A stretch of 64,000 nucleotides of DNA from Pseudobdellovibrionaceae bacterium (GTDB lineage Bacteria > Bdellovibrionota > Bdellovibrionia > Bdellovibrionales > UBA1609). The DNA lies in NCBI GenBank assembly GCA_947444305.1, contig CANEZP010000013.1:65375-129374 (forward strand), given 5' to 3'. Below are positions 8,406 through 17,161 of this stretch, in pieces (the first letter of the stretch is position 1; every line of letters begins with the position of its first letter). Made by a program: the position numbers and the translations under genes. Below the pieces are notes generated by a model. The model did not search any database, was not told the DNA's origin, and saw only the letters and a list, made by a program, of their open reading frames with translations.

Positions 8406-9704
8406 ATGCAAGCCTTCAAACCCCTGCGCGAAGTCCCCAAAAATTCCTACTCAGATAAAGATGTGCTCGTCATCTTCGGCGAAGTTTTCGCCCGCGGCTA
8501 CGTCAACGGGTTGATCGATGAGGCCAAGAAAGCCGGCATGAAGGTAATCTACAGCACCGTCGGGCGCCGAGACGAGAATGAACAACTTCGCCCCCTGACC
8601 GCGGAAGAGCTCGCGACCAAAGATCAACCGCTGATCAATATCCCCCTCGAATGCGGATTCGACCTGACCAAGTCTTCGAAGGGCCAATCGCCCGCCGATC
8701 AATTGAAAGGCCTGAAACTCAGCGAATGGGACAAGGCCGAAATGGATTTCGGGCAGGTCGAAGAGTCGCGCCGCAAAGGCCGGGAAGATTTCCGCAAGCG
8801 CGTGGCGCAGTACATGGTCGAACTCGAAAAAATGATTCCGGCCGGCGCCAACGTTTTGTTCGCGCACACGATGGCCGGTGGCGTTCCCCGTGCGAAAATC
8901 GTCTTGCCCGCGATGAACCGGGTTTTTAAGGGGCATGGCGAGCGCTACGCTTCGTCGAAACAGTTTTGGGAAGGCACGCTCGGCAAGTTCAGCGAAATGA
9001 GCTTTATGGACGTCACCGCGAATAGCTTAGCCGACTTGGTCGATCTTTCCTCGGCATTACGTGAAAAAACAAAAAAGTCCGGTGGCGCGGTTTCCTACGT
9101 GGCGTTCGGTTACCACGGAACCGAGATTTTAATCGACGGTGAATACCAGTGGCAATCCTACGCCCCTTACCTACAAGGCTTCGCGAAAATCGAGCTAGAA
9201 AACATCGCCCGTCGTTCGCTCGAAAAAGGTGTTCCCGTTAGCGTTTACAACGCGCCCGAAATTCTGACCAACTCGAGCTCAATTTTTTTGGGCGTCGAAG
9301 TGGCGCTCTATCCCCTGCTCGGCGCGCTGATGAAAGAAGCGCCCGACCATCCGGTCACGAAGCAATTGGTTAAGGATTGCGAAGCGCTGCTCAAGCCGGA
9401 ACACTCGCTAGAAGAAATTCTAAAAATCACCAACGATTACTTCACTTCCGACATCATTTTAAAGAATTGGACCAAGTACGAGCAGTGGCCGCAACACAAC
9501 GGCCCTGAGCAAATGGCCTTGATGCGCACGACTTCCGAGAAAATCATCGACATGCATAAGGATGAAAAGCACCTGCTCACCGCGAAGCTCAGTGAAATTG
9601 TATTCAACGCTTGCGGAAAAGCGATGATTAGCGAGGGTAAAAACCCGCGCGAGGCCGTCTGGTGGGTCGGCCACGATCTCGTTTCTAAATTGACGTTAGT
9701 ATAA
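8406..9704 (+). CDS. Conserved hypothetical protein, distantly FabV / trans-2-enoyl-CoA reductase-like
   Basis: Start moved to the ATG at 8406, preceded by AGGAG. VSVYNAPEILTNSSSIFLGVEVALYPLLGALMKE resembles the FabV/TER block SV-K-A-VT-ASS-IP--PLYL--LFKVMKE. There is a Y-x8-K spacing in YAPYLQGFAK. The N-terminal Gly-rich dinucleotide motif is not conserved (VLVIFGEVFARG). The comparison is from memory only. Confidence 0.45.
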   Translation: MQAFKPLREVPKNSYSDKDVLVIFGEVFARGYVNGLIDEAKKAGMKVIYSTVGRRDENEQLRPLTAEELATKDQPLINIPLECGFDLTKSSKGQSPADQLKGLKLSEWDKAEMDFGQVEESRRKGREDFRKRVAQYMVELEKMIPAGANVLFAHTMAGGVPRAKIVLPAMNRVFKGHGERYASSKQFWEGTLGKFSEMSFMDVTANSLADLVDLSSALREKTKKSGGAVSYVAFGYHGTEILIDGEYQWQSYAPYLQGFAKIELENIARRSLEKGVPVSVYNAPEILTNSSSIFLGVEVALYPLLGALMKEAPDHPVTKQLVKDCEALLKPEHSLEEILKITNDYFTSDIILKNWTKYEQWPQHNGPEQMALMRTTSEKIIDMHKDEKHLLTAKLSEIVFNACGKAMISEGKNPREAVWWVGHDLVSKLTLV

Positions 9705-10559
9705 CGGGCCGGCTTTCACGCCGATGTTGTAGACGAAATAAGCGAGCGGTGCCGCGCTGACGGCGCCGAGGATAAGGCCTTCGGGCAAAGTTTTCTTGGG
9801 CACGAAACCCAGCCAGTCGCGGATCCATAGGACGAAGTACGGCAGGCAAAGGTAAATCATGTGCCAGGGATTAATATCTAGATAGAAATGCCCGGCGGCC
9901 ATCAGTAAAATCACGAACACCGATAAAAACGGCACGAGGGCGTTCATACTAAGGCGCTGTGGTTTTACGAGCGCTAACACCAAGGCCGCGCCGAACAGCG
10001 CACACGCGACCGAAACGATCTGCGAATACGAAGCGCTAGCCGCGAACAACATCAAGAGACTCAAACCCGTCGCGGCGATAAGCGGCAGCAGAATCAAGGT
10101 CGTGGGCATCACCTTCGGGGCCGTTTTTTCGACGATCGACCACACGCCCAAGGCTAAGCAGAAAAACGCCACGAGATTACGATAGTAAATCGGCGCGAGG
10201 ATCGTTTGGCGAAGGGGATATAAAATTACGGCACCGAGTGCGAGCACGAAAAGCGCGCGGACCAAATACCGGTGGCCCAGCGGTTGCGGCCGCACAAAGA
10301 TGAACACCGCTAATAACAGCGCGGCGAGACTGAAGGCCTCCCCGGCGTCGGTCGGAGGAACGTGCAGGCGCCGGATCAAAACAAAAGCGCCCGCGGAGAA
10401 CGCGAGCGCGAAAACCAAACCTTGGGCGCGTGCCTTCCAAGGTTCTTTAAGAAATCCGAGAAGAAAAATCACCACCGCCGCGACCGAAGCCGGCGCAACG
10501 GCGCTCATCAAAAAGGCGCGGACGATGGGTGAATCCATATTAGATCTTTGTTCCTTCAA
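9696..10559 (-). CDS. Polytopic inner-membrane protein, unknown function
   Basis: 287 aa with about 8 hydrophobic segments. An alternative ATG at 10538 would remove the 20-nt overlap with yceI-like. It is the last gene of the same-strand run. Confidence 0.6.
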   Translation of the reverse strand: MKEQRSNMDSPIVRAFLMSAVAPASVAAVVIFLLGFLKEPWKARAQGLVFALAFSAGAFVLIRRLHVPPTDAGEAFSLAALLLAVFIFVRPQPLGHRYLVRALFVLALGAVILYPLRQTILAPIYYRNLVAFFCLALGVWSIVEKTAPKVMPTTLILLPLIAATGLSLLMLFAASASYSQIVSVACALFGAALVLALVKPQRLSMNALVPFLSVFVILLMAAGHFYLDINPWHMIYLCLPYFVLWIRDWLGFVPKKTLPEGLILGAVSAAPLAYFVYNIGVKAGPLY

Positions 10560-11115
10560 CCGAGATTTGAACTTCGACTTCGTCGCCGACTTCGCCGGGT
10601 TTAGCCATGTAGTTCATGCCGAAATCCGTGCGCTTGATCGTTAACGTCGTGATGCCGCCCGTGCGAACGTTGTTCCAGGGATCTTTGCCGGTTTTCATTT
10701 GCGTGAAAGTAAATGAAACGGGTTTGGTCACGCCGTGCAGCGTGAGGTCGGCGGTGACGTCGTACTTCGCGCCGGCTTTTTTGACCGTTTTGCTTTTCAA
10801 AGTCATGGTTGGAAACTGTTTTACGTTAAAGAAGTCAGGGCTCTTTAAGTGATCGTCGCGCTTCTTTGCCATCGTGTTGATGGTGTCGAGCTTTGCGCTC
10901 ACTTCGAAGGTCGATTTTTCGGGATTTTTTTCGTCGACGACGATCTTACCGTCGGCGCCGCCGATCATGCCGTACACATTCGAGAATCCCATGTGATCGA
11001 TTTTGAAAACGATCGCGGTGTGATCCGGATCAACTTTGTATGACGTCGTTTGTGCCTGGGCTTGTGAAACAGCGGCGAATGAAATCGCGGCTAGAGCAAT
11101 TGCTAGAACTCTCAT
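10540..11115 (-). CDS. YceI-family periplasmic (polyisoprenoid/lipid-binding) protein
   Basis: 191 aa. Signal peptide MRVLAIALAAISFAAVSQAQA, then YKVDPDHTAIVFKIDHMGFSNVYG and ...TLHGVTKPV blocks typical of the YceI-like domain. Confidence 0.85.
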   Translation of the reverse strand: MRVLAIALAAISFAAVSQAQAQTTSYKVDPDHTAIVFKIDHMGFSNVYGMIGGADGKIVVDEKNPEKSTFEVSAKLDTINTMAKKRDDHLKSPDFFNVKQFPTMTLKSKTVKKAGAKYDVTADLTLHGVTKPVSFTFTQMKTGKDPWNNVRTGGITTLTIKRTDFGMNYMAKPGEVGDEVEVQISVEGTKI

Positions 11116-11178
11116 GATGTTTACCTCCGTATAAAATTGTTCTTATATGAAACAACGTAGAAAAGGTAAGCTCAAGGA

Positions 11179-13602
11179 CTAAATGCAATTGGGTGGCATC
11201 AAGAGATCAGAACCTAGACACGGGATCTGCGGCATATCCGCGTTCGGCGGCGGTGGATCCGGTTTCTTAACGGTATCGAAAAGCTTGGCGATAATCACCT
11301 TGAACACCGTCGATAAATCTGCGCGATTTAAACTCAAGTTACCGGTTCGGACGTAAGTTAACCAAGCAATATCCCAAAAACCGGTAGGCATCTCGCGGTT
11401 CGTAAGGATGTAGTAAAACGCACCCTTGGCTTGGCGGTCGCTCAAGTTCTGGTTCATTTTATCCTTCGCAAATTTCTTGATGAAACCCATGAAAATCTCG
11501 GCCGCGGGGTCGATCTCCGGGTTGCTCAAAGTGCCGTCCCGGTCGGCGTCGAAGCGGGTCATCACGGCCTCGGCGTAGTGCATGACGACCGCGAGCGTGG
11601 TGAACTCGCTATATTCAACCCACGGCGTGACGGAGTTTTTAGGCGAGAACGCCGTTTCAAGCAGCGTTCGTGCATGCGCCTGGCGAATCGGGAGCGGCGC
11701 GACCCGCAAGAACTGCTGCAGATCAGGCATGCTGCCTAAATGAGCATCGAAGGTCGCGGGCAAATTTTCGAGTACGCAATTACGATCAAGCTTAGGACGC
11801 TTGTACATATCCGGTGGGCCATGGGGGCAGACCGCTTTGAGATCCGCGTAGAAGTCGTCGGCCAGGCGCCCGCCCGAAAGCATGAACGAAAACAACTCGA
11901 TCGCCTCAACCATTCGTAAACGGCCCTTCGGCGCGCCGGGCTCCGAATTAATACCGTCGCCCGAATAGGTGAAAAGATTGGCGGCGGTAAAATCCCGGTT
12001 CCCCATGTTTGGGTTGCGCTGATCGACCAACTTAAGCGCGATCCCGATCTCACGGAAATCGGCGTAAAACTTTTCGACCTCTTCGAGCGTGATGCCTGAG
12101 TCGAAGCCGATGCGGCTGCCCGCGTGCTCGGCGTAACCGCGGAACAACGCTTGCGCCGAAGTCCGCCATAGATTCATCAACGTTAGATTGTGGTAAGTGT
12201 GCCGCAAATTATTGCGCGCGAGATCTTCGTGCCGAACGAGTCCGACGCGGTAGCTTCCGTCCGCGAATAAGGGGCGCATAAGACCGCGCAAGGATAAGAA
12301 ATCATCCCATTCGGAACTGCCGAGGCTCTTGAGTTTCAAGCGAACATCGGGGGTCATGTACGGTCTGATCTGCACGTTCGGCACGACTTTTTGCGCAGCG
12401 AGAGTACCCGCTAAGCGTGTGTCCAAATTCATTTGGATATAGGCCCAGCGAAAGAAAATATCCCGCGCGCGAGCCACGTTGGTCAGCGCTAAGCCTTCGG
12501 TCTTACGCTGACTGGCCGGGATCTCGGGATCACCCAAAATTCGGGTGACCACGGCCGCAAGAGCCCCGTTGATGGATGACGGCGGAATGTGCGCGGGGAT
12601 CCAGCGTAAATCATAGGTCGCCTTCGTTAACTCATCGAGCTGCGCGAACCGGATCGTCAGCCCCTCTTGTTTCGAGGCGGCTTGCTCGATCAAATTAAAT
12701 ACGTCGTTCGCGAGCTGAATCGTATTTTGCAACCCTACCCCGCGTAAGATCGGCTGGTCCTTTACCCCGATTTGATATTGGAGATAGACGAGGTACCAGC
12801 GAGCGAACGATTGCAGCATGGGCGTCCACTCGAGCGGCCGCACCGTGTTCGGATCGATCGGCGCAACGGTGAGCTGGCGGAAAATACGGATGAAGCTCAC
12901 CCATTTTGCGGGCGAGATCGCGTCGGGAAAGTGTTCATCCCAACCGGCGAACGCGCGGAATTCGACCAGCAAACTTTGCAGGCTCGCCAACGTATAATTG
13001 CGCTGATTGCGCTGCAGACGCATGGCTAAAGTTTTGATCACCGAGTTGAGCGCTTCGTTCGCATCGGCTAAGCGCTTGCCGAGGGTTGCGGGATCTTGCT
13101 CCTGCGCCAAGCGCGGATTCAAAACGCGAAGGTGGGGTTTCAAGCGAATCGCTTCGTTTTTGAACTCTTCAAGCATTTCGACCAGGGCGTGCAACTCTTC
13201 GCGCGAAATCGCCGTGCTCGAACCGCCGAGGATCGCTTGTTTGAGAATCATAACTTCGCCCATGAGTTCGTCTTTCAAACGACGCTCGTTCAAAAAGAAG
13301 CTATGCAGGAACTGACGGATTTCATCGGGCGAATAAGAGGTGGCATTGCGCCCTCGGGTCAGTTGCGCGAACGTGGTGAACGCCTTTTGCAAACAGCTCA
13401 CGAACTCGGTCACTTGCTCGTTCGAAAGTTGATCGTTTACGTAGCGGTCGAAGTGCTCGGGAATTTTACCGACGCAGCTAAAACCTTTGCCGCTGTACGA
13501 GGGCGGCGGGCGTTTGGGCGCGCTTTCACCAGTGGATAACCCACAACCCGGCAGCGCCAGTGAAATCGCGACCACGAAGGACAGCGGTGTTTTAAAAAAC
13601 AT
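11179..13602 (-). CDS. Large lipoprotein B2 (807 aa), paralogue of B1, with a canonical EF-hand loop; unknown function
   Basis: Signal peptide plus lipobox MFFKTPLSFVVAISLALPGC. Aligns with the 15071-17161 product from the N-terminus (SNEQVTEFVSCLQKA) to the C-terminus. Contains DADRDGTLSNPE. The ATG lies 11 nt inside the upstream barrel gene. Confidence 0.8.
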   Translation of the reverse strand: MFFKTPLSFVVAISLALPGCGLSTGESAPKRPPPSYSGKGFSCVGKIPEHFDRYVNDQLSNEQVTEFVSCLQKAFTTFAQLTRGRNATSYSPDEIRQFLHSFFLNERRLKDELMGEVMILKQAILGGSSTAISREELHALVEMLEEFKNEAIRLKPHLRVLNPRLAQEQDPATLGKRLADANEALNSVIKTLAMRLQRNQRNYTLASLQSLLVEFRAFAGWDEHFPDAISPAKWVSFIRIFRQLTVAPIDPNTVRPLEWTPMLQSFARWYLVYLQYQIGVKDQPILRGVGLQNTIQLANDVFNLIEQAASKQEGLTIRFAQLDELTKATYDLRWIPAHIPPSSINGALAAVVTRILGDPEIPASQRKTEGLALTNVARARDIFFRWAYIQMNLDTRLAGTLAAQKVVPNVQIRPYMTPDVRLKLKSLGSSEWDDFLSLRGLMRPLFADGSYRVGLVRHEDLARNNLRHTYHNLTLMNLWRTSAQALFRGYAEHAGSRIGFDSGITLEEVEKFYADFREIGIALKLVDQRNPNMGNRDFTAANLFTYSGDGINSEPGAPKGRLRMVEAIELFSFMLSGGRLADDFYADLKAVCPHGPPDMYKRPKLDRNCVLENLPATFDAHLGSMPDLQQFLRVAPLPIRQAHARTLLETAFSPKNSVTPWVEYSEFTTLAVVMHYAEAVMTRFDADRDGTLSNPEIDPAAEIFMGFIKKFAKDKMNQNLSDRQAKGAFYYILTNREMPTGFWDIAWLTYVRTGNLSLNRADLSTVFKVIIAKLFDTVKKPDPPPPNADMPQIPCLGSDLLMPPNCI

Positions 13603-14983
13603 AACTTACGCCCCCGAAGAAGCGGTCGTTCGCGCGGTAAGTCGAGAACAATCCCGCGCGGTCGGAGTTTGAATCGACGTCGGCCCCGAGCACATCGGCC
13701 CCGAGCAACCAGGTCACGTCACCTTGGGCAAACTCAACGCTGGTCGATAGCCAACCGCCCTTTTCCGGGATCGAGTAGCTGTAGCGGCTACGTAAGGAAA
13801 GACCGTTGCTCTTCGTTTGCGAGAGCACGATGCGCCAGTCCACCGAAGCCAAGTCTTTGAAGGGATACCGGTCGAGCGAAGACTTCACTTGATCATCGGC
13901 GACGATGCCGCCGGTCGCTGATTTCCCCATCGAGAAAACGCGCATGTAAGAGTAGCCGAGCCACGACGGCTTGCCGATTACGCTGAAGACGTAATGTGAA
14001 TATCCGAGCCCCGCGACCAACATCGGATCGAGCGGCGCTTCGAGCCAAGGATCGGGGAACCCCGACTTGCTCGGCACGTCGACGGTCGCCGAGACCCACC
14101 CGTGGTCGTCGGTGCGGTCAAAACCCATCTCCCACGTTAGCACGTGGTGTTTAACGATCTTTGGATGAATCACGGCCGTGACTTCAAGCCCTTGGCCCGC
14201 GCCGATACGCGCGCAGTTCGAGCATTCGATGCCTAAATGAATTTGGTTGCGCGGCTTGTACGCGTAATTCAAATTGGTCCAGAAGTCGTTCAAGAATTCG
14301 TAACGCACCCCGAGCCCGAAGCTTGAGTGCATGATGATGTCTTCCTCGGTGGGCTTATCGATTTCGAAAAAGAGCGGGCCGTCTTTCGTGACGGGGTTAT
14401 TGCCCTGAAACTGCAAGCTTGAATGCGGTTGCTCAAACCAACGGTTTGAGGACTCGAAACGCCCGTTGGCCAGCCGGTACTGTGGCCCCTGATCCGGGAA
14501 CGCGAGCGGCGACGTGAAGAATGTAAAGCTGAGCTCGGAACCTAGCCGCCAATCGAAGAAAACGCCGGTCAAACCTTGTTGAACGGGCGCCAGGTAATCC
14601 CAGCGCAGCTGCGGTTGCCAGAGGCCGAGGTTGAATTCCTCATCCATCTTGCTCCACGTACGCTTAGCCCGTCCGATCGTCAGATTGAACCACGGCGCAA
14701 TTTTGCGCGGCATCACGTAGGCTTCGGGTACGCCGAAGTAAAACTCGTCACGGTTTTTGAAATCGCCCTGCGCACGTGAATTGAATTTGTATGTAAATCC
14801 CGAGGTTTCGGTTTCTAAGTTCAAGTCGGTCGCGATGAGCGTGTAGTTTGATTCTTGATTAGGATTGGGGACCGCCCCGAAATACCGGTTTTGGCGTAAA
14901 TCCAAATCCAGGTAATTGGCGGCGGACTTGGCGAAGAGAGGTCCGCTCATAATGAGGAGAATCAAAACAATAAAAAATCGCAT
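13592..14983 (-). CDS. Predicted outer-membrane beta-barrel A2 (463 aa), paralogue of A1
   Basis: Signal peptide MRFFIVLILLIMSGPLFAKSA, beta-rich sequence, C-terminal YRANDRFFGGVSYVF. Shares IGRAKRTWSKMDEEFNLGLWQPQL with the A1 block LGRKKERWNEWEGEWRQGLFQPRY. Confidence 0.75.
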   Translation of the reverse strand: MRFFIVLILLIMSGPLFAKSAANYLDLDLRQNRYFGAVPNPNQESNYTLIATDLNLETETSGFTYKFNSRAQGDFKNRDEFYFGVPEAYVMPRKIAPWFNLTIGRAKRTWSKMDEEFNLGLWQPQLRWDYLAPVQQGLTGVFFDWRLGSELSFTFFTSPLAFPDQGPQYRLANGRFESSNRWFEQPHSSLQFQGNNPVTKDGPLFFEIDKPTEEDIIMHSSFGLGVRYEFLNDFWTNLNYAYKPRNQIHLGIECSNCARIGAGQGLEVTAVIHPKIVKHHVLTWEMGFDRTDDHGWVSATVDVPSKSGFPDPWLEAPLDPMLVAGLGYSHYVFSVIGKPSWLGYSYMRVFSMGKSATGGIVADDQVKSSLDRYPFKDLASVDWRIVLSQTKSNGLSLRSRYSYSIPEKGGWLSTSVEFAQGDVTWLLGADVLGADVDSNSDRAGLFSTYRANDRFFGGVSYVF

Positions 14984-15070
14984 TTGATTCCGATGTTTTA
15001 CACGGATATAGGCAGTGGTTTCAATTTGGAGCCAAGTATCATGTAGTCTTTACTTGGCCGTAGTCGGCAT

Positions 15071-17161
15071 TTACAGTTTCGACAGTTGGTTCAAAATTCC
15101 CATCAAATGGGTCCGCTCGCTCTCAAAAACCCAGTCATTTTGATGCCACTTCCAGTGATTGTAAAGAATCTGCCCCCCGAACATGGTGAAAGGCGTATCG
15201 CCGTACTTCATCATGAAGGTAAAAAAACCAAAGAGTTCTTCGGGCGGAAGGCCCACCGACGACAGCATTTTGCCTAGTATTGGCCCGTATACCGTAAACG
15301 CCGGCGTAGCTTCGGGTAAAGACACTGTGTCCGTAAAGTCACGATCGTATCGCAAAAGAAAGGTTTCGACGTACTGAAAGAGCATCCAAACCTGAAGCAC
15401 ATCGGCCGTGCCGAACTCCCCTTGGGTGACTTTTTCGAGGATCGTCTCTTCACCGGCCTTGAAATAGGCCACGAAGCGCGGGACCGCGTCCTTTTGACTC
15501 AACCAATTTTGTAGACGTGGGAGTGGCGCTAAAATATCGCGGCTAAGGTCGCCGCCGATTTCGCGCATGCAAACGGCGTCGAAACCTGCGCAGGCCGATT
15601 CGGCCTCCGTCATCCAGATTTGCGCCGCCCTAAAACTCGAAGCGATGAACGCGAGGTAGCGCGAAGCTTCGAAAAGATCGATCGTCCCGTTACCGTTAGA
15701 GGCCAGCGTAAAAAGGTCGCCTTCGCGCAAAAGCTTTTTACCGATCGTGTCTTTGGTTTCGGTCAGCCAGCCGAACTTGCGCATCGTCGTTAAAATTTCG
15801 AGACCCGCCGCCTCCATAACTTTATCGTTCACCTCGGCCTCGCCGCCGGGCACGAAAGCGTCCTTAAGCAGGTTCATCACCACGAACGGCCAAACCATGT
15901 GGAGCCGGCCCACGGTGGTCCAACTCGCCGCCGGATTTTGCGGAAACGCCATGCGCCCACGCTCGTCCCACTCCTGCGCGGGACCGGCGGCTAACGTGTG
16001 CTCGAATCGCTCTTGCACCGGACCGGCCGCAATTTTTTTGTTTAAAGCAACCTCCCGAAGCGAGCGCCAATCGGCGAAGACCGTTTTTAAGTAAGCGAGG
16101 TGATCTAAAGTCACGGCGCACGCGGGTTTGCCTAAGCCTTTCGCCGCCACCCGGTCGAGAACCCAGCCCAATGTATGCATAAGGTTGTCGGTCGCAAACT
16201 TCCCGGTAAGGAATCCGGCTTCCTCTGCCCGTACAAAAAGCTCACGCCATTCGCTTAACGGAATCTCTTTCCCGTCGTGCGCGCGGGCCGAACGTTCAAG
16301 AATTCCGAGAGCGTGTTCGAAACCCGCGGGCAGAACGTCACGGCTTAAAGCGGTATTTAAGTCATCCTTGAAGGCATAGTGCACGCTTAAGAAACTGCGG
16401 TAACCTTGCCCGAGGGCCGCGGTTAACACGCGCCATTCCCGGCCGCCAATTTGGGCATTTGATCCACTCAACAATATTTGTTTTGCGGCAGGAAGAACTT
16501 TAAGGAATTTTGCGGCGGCGCCGTCTTCATTCTTTTCCAGTGCCCGGGCTAACTCCCGCAATTGCGTGAACGTGTACGCCTGTCCGTTAGTCTCGAGCCA
16601 CGAACCAAGCTTGGCGAACGATCGCTCGGCCACGGCGCCCGCCGTCTCGATCTCTTCGTCGGCGGCCTTTGAACTATTGAGAAATAAAACGTCGACGTGC
16701 GGATTGAGCTCGATCGTTATTTCTTTGAGTAGCTGCAAGAACTCCTGCATGACGGCAAGCTCATTGCGGCTAATCGAACTGTTTTCACCGGATAAGGCGA
16801 CTCGCTTTAGCTCCATCAACGCGGCGAGAAGGTCATCGCTAATACCACCGGATTTAAAGAAATATTTTTGCAAGAAACGTCGGAGCGCTTGCGGCGTGTA
16901 GCCACCCTCCGCCTGATCACCGGATGTAAGGCGTTGATAATCGCCGACCGACTTCTGCACGCAAGACCAAAACTGTCCGACCTGCGTGTCGGAAAGCTCG
17001 CCGCGTTTGTATTTTTCGACGTTCAAACCGAAGTTGCCGAGGCAATCGCCACCGTCCTTCAGCATGACTTGTACGGGTTGGGCAGGCTTTACGTTTTCTT
17101 TAGCGCAACCGGCGGTAAACCCAAAAATTAGAAGTAGCGCCGGTACGATCTTAATAAACAT
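15071..17161 (-). CDS. Large lipoprotein B1 (696 aa), paralogue of B2; unknown function
   Basis: Signal peptide plus lipobox MFIKIVPALLLIFGFTAGC. The conserved N-terminal Cys pair and the blocks SDTQVGQFWSCVQKS and ISRNELAVMQEFLQLLKEITIELNPHV align with B2. The ATG lies 11 nt inside the upstream barrel gene. Confidence 0.8.
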   Translation of the reverse strand: MFIKIVPALLLIFGFTAGCAKENVKPAQPVQVMLKDGGDCLGNFGLNVEKYKRGELSDTQVGQFWSCVQKSVGDYQRLTSGDQAEGGYTPQALRRFLQKYFFKSGGISDDLLAALMELKRVALSGENSSISRNELAVMQEFLQLLKEITIELNPHVDVLFLNSSKAADEEIETAGAVAERSFAKLGSWLETNGQAYTFTQLRELARALEKNEDGAAAKFLKVLPAAKQILLSGSNAQIGGREWRVLTAALGQGYRSFLSVHYAFKDDLNTALSRDVLPAGFEHALGILERSARAHDGKEIPLSEWRELFVRAEEAGFLTGKFATDNLMHTLGWVLDRVAAKGLGKPACAVTLDHLAYLKTVFADWRSLREVALNKKIAAGPVQERFEHTLAAGPAQEWDERGRMAFPQNPAASWTTVGRLHMVWPFVVMNLLKDAFVPGGEAEVNDKVMEAAGLEILTTMRKFGWLTETKDTIGKKLLREGDLFTLASNGNGTIDLFEASRYLAFIASSFRAAQIWMTEAESACAGFDAVCMREIGGDLSRDILAPLPRLQNWLSQKDAVPRFVAYFKAGEETILEKVTQGEFGTADVLQVWMLFQYVETFLLRYDRDFTDTVSLPEATPAFTVYGPILGKMLSSVGLPPEELFGFFTFMMKYGDTPFTMFGGQILYNHWKWHQNDWVFESERTHLMGILNQLSKL

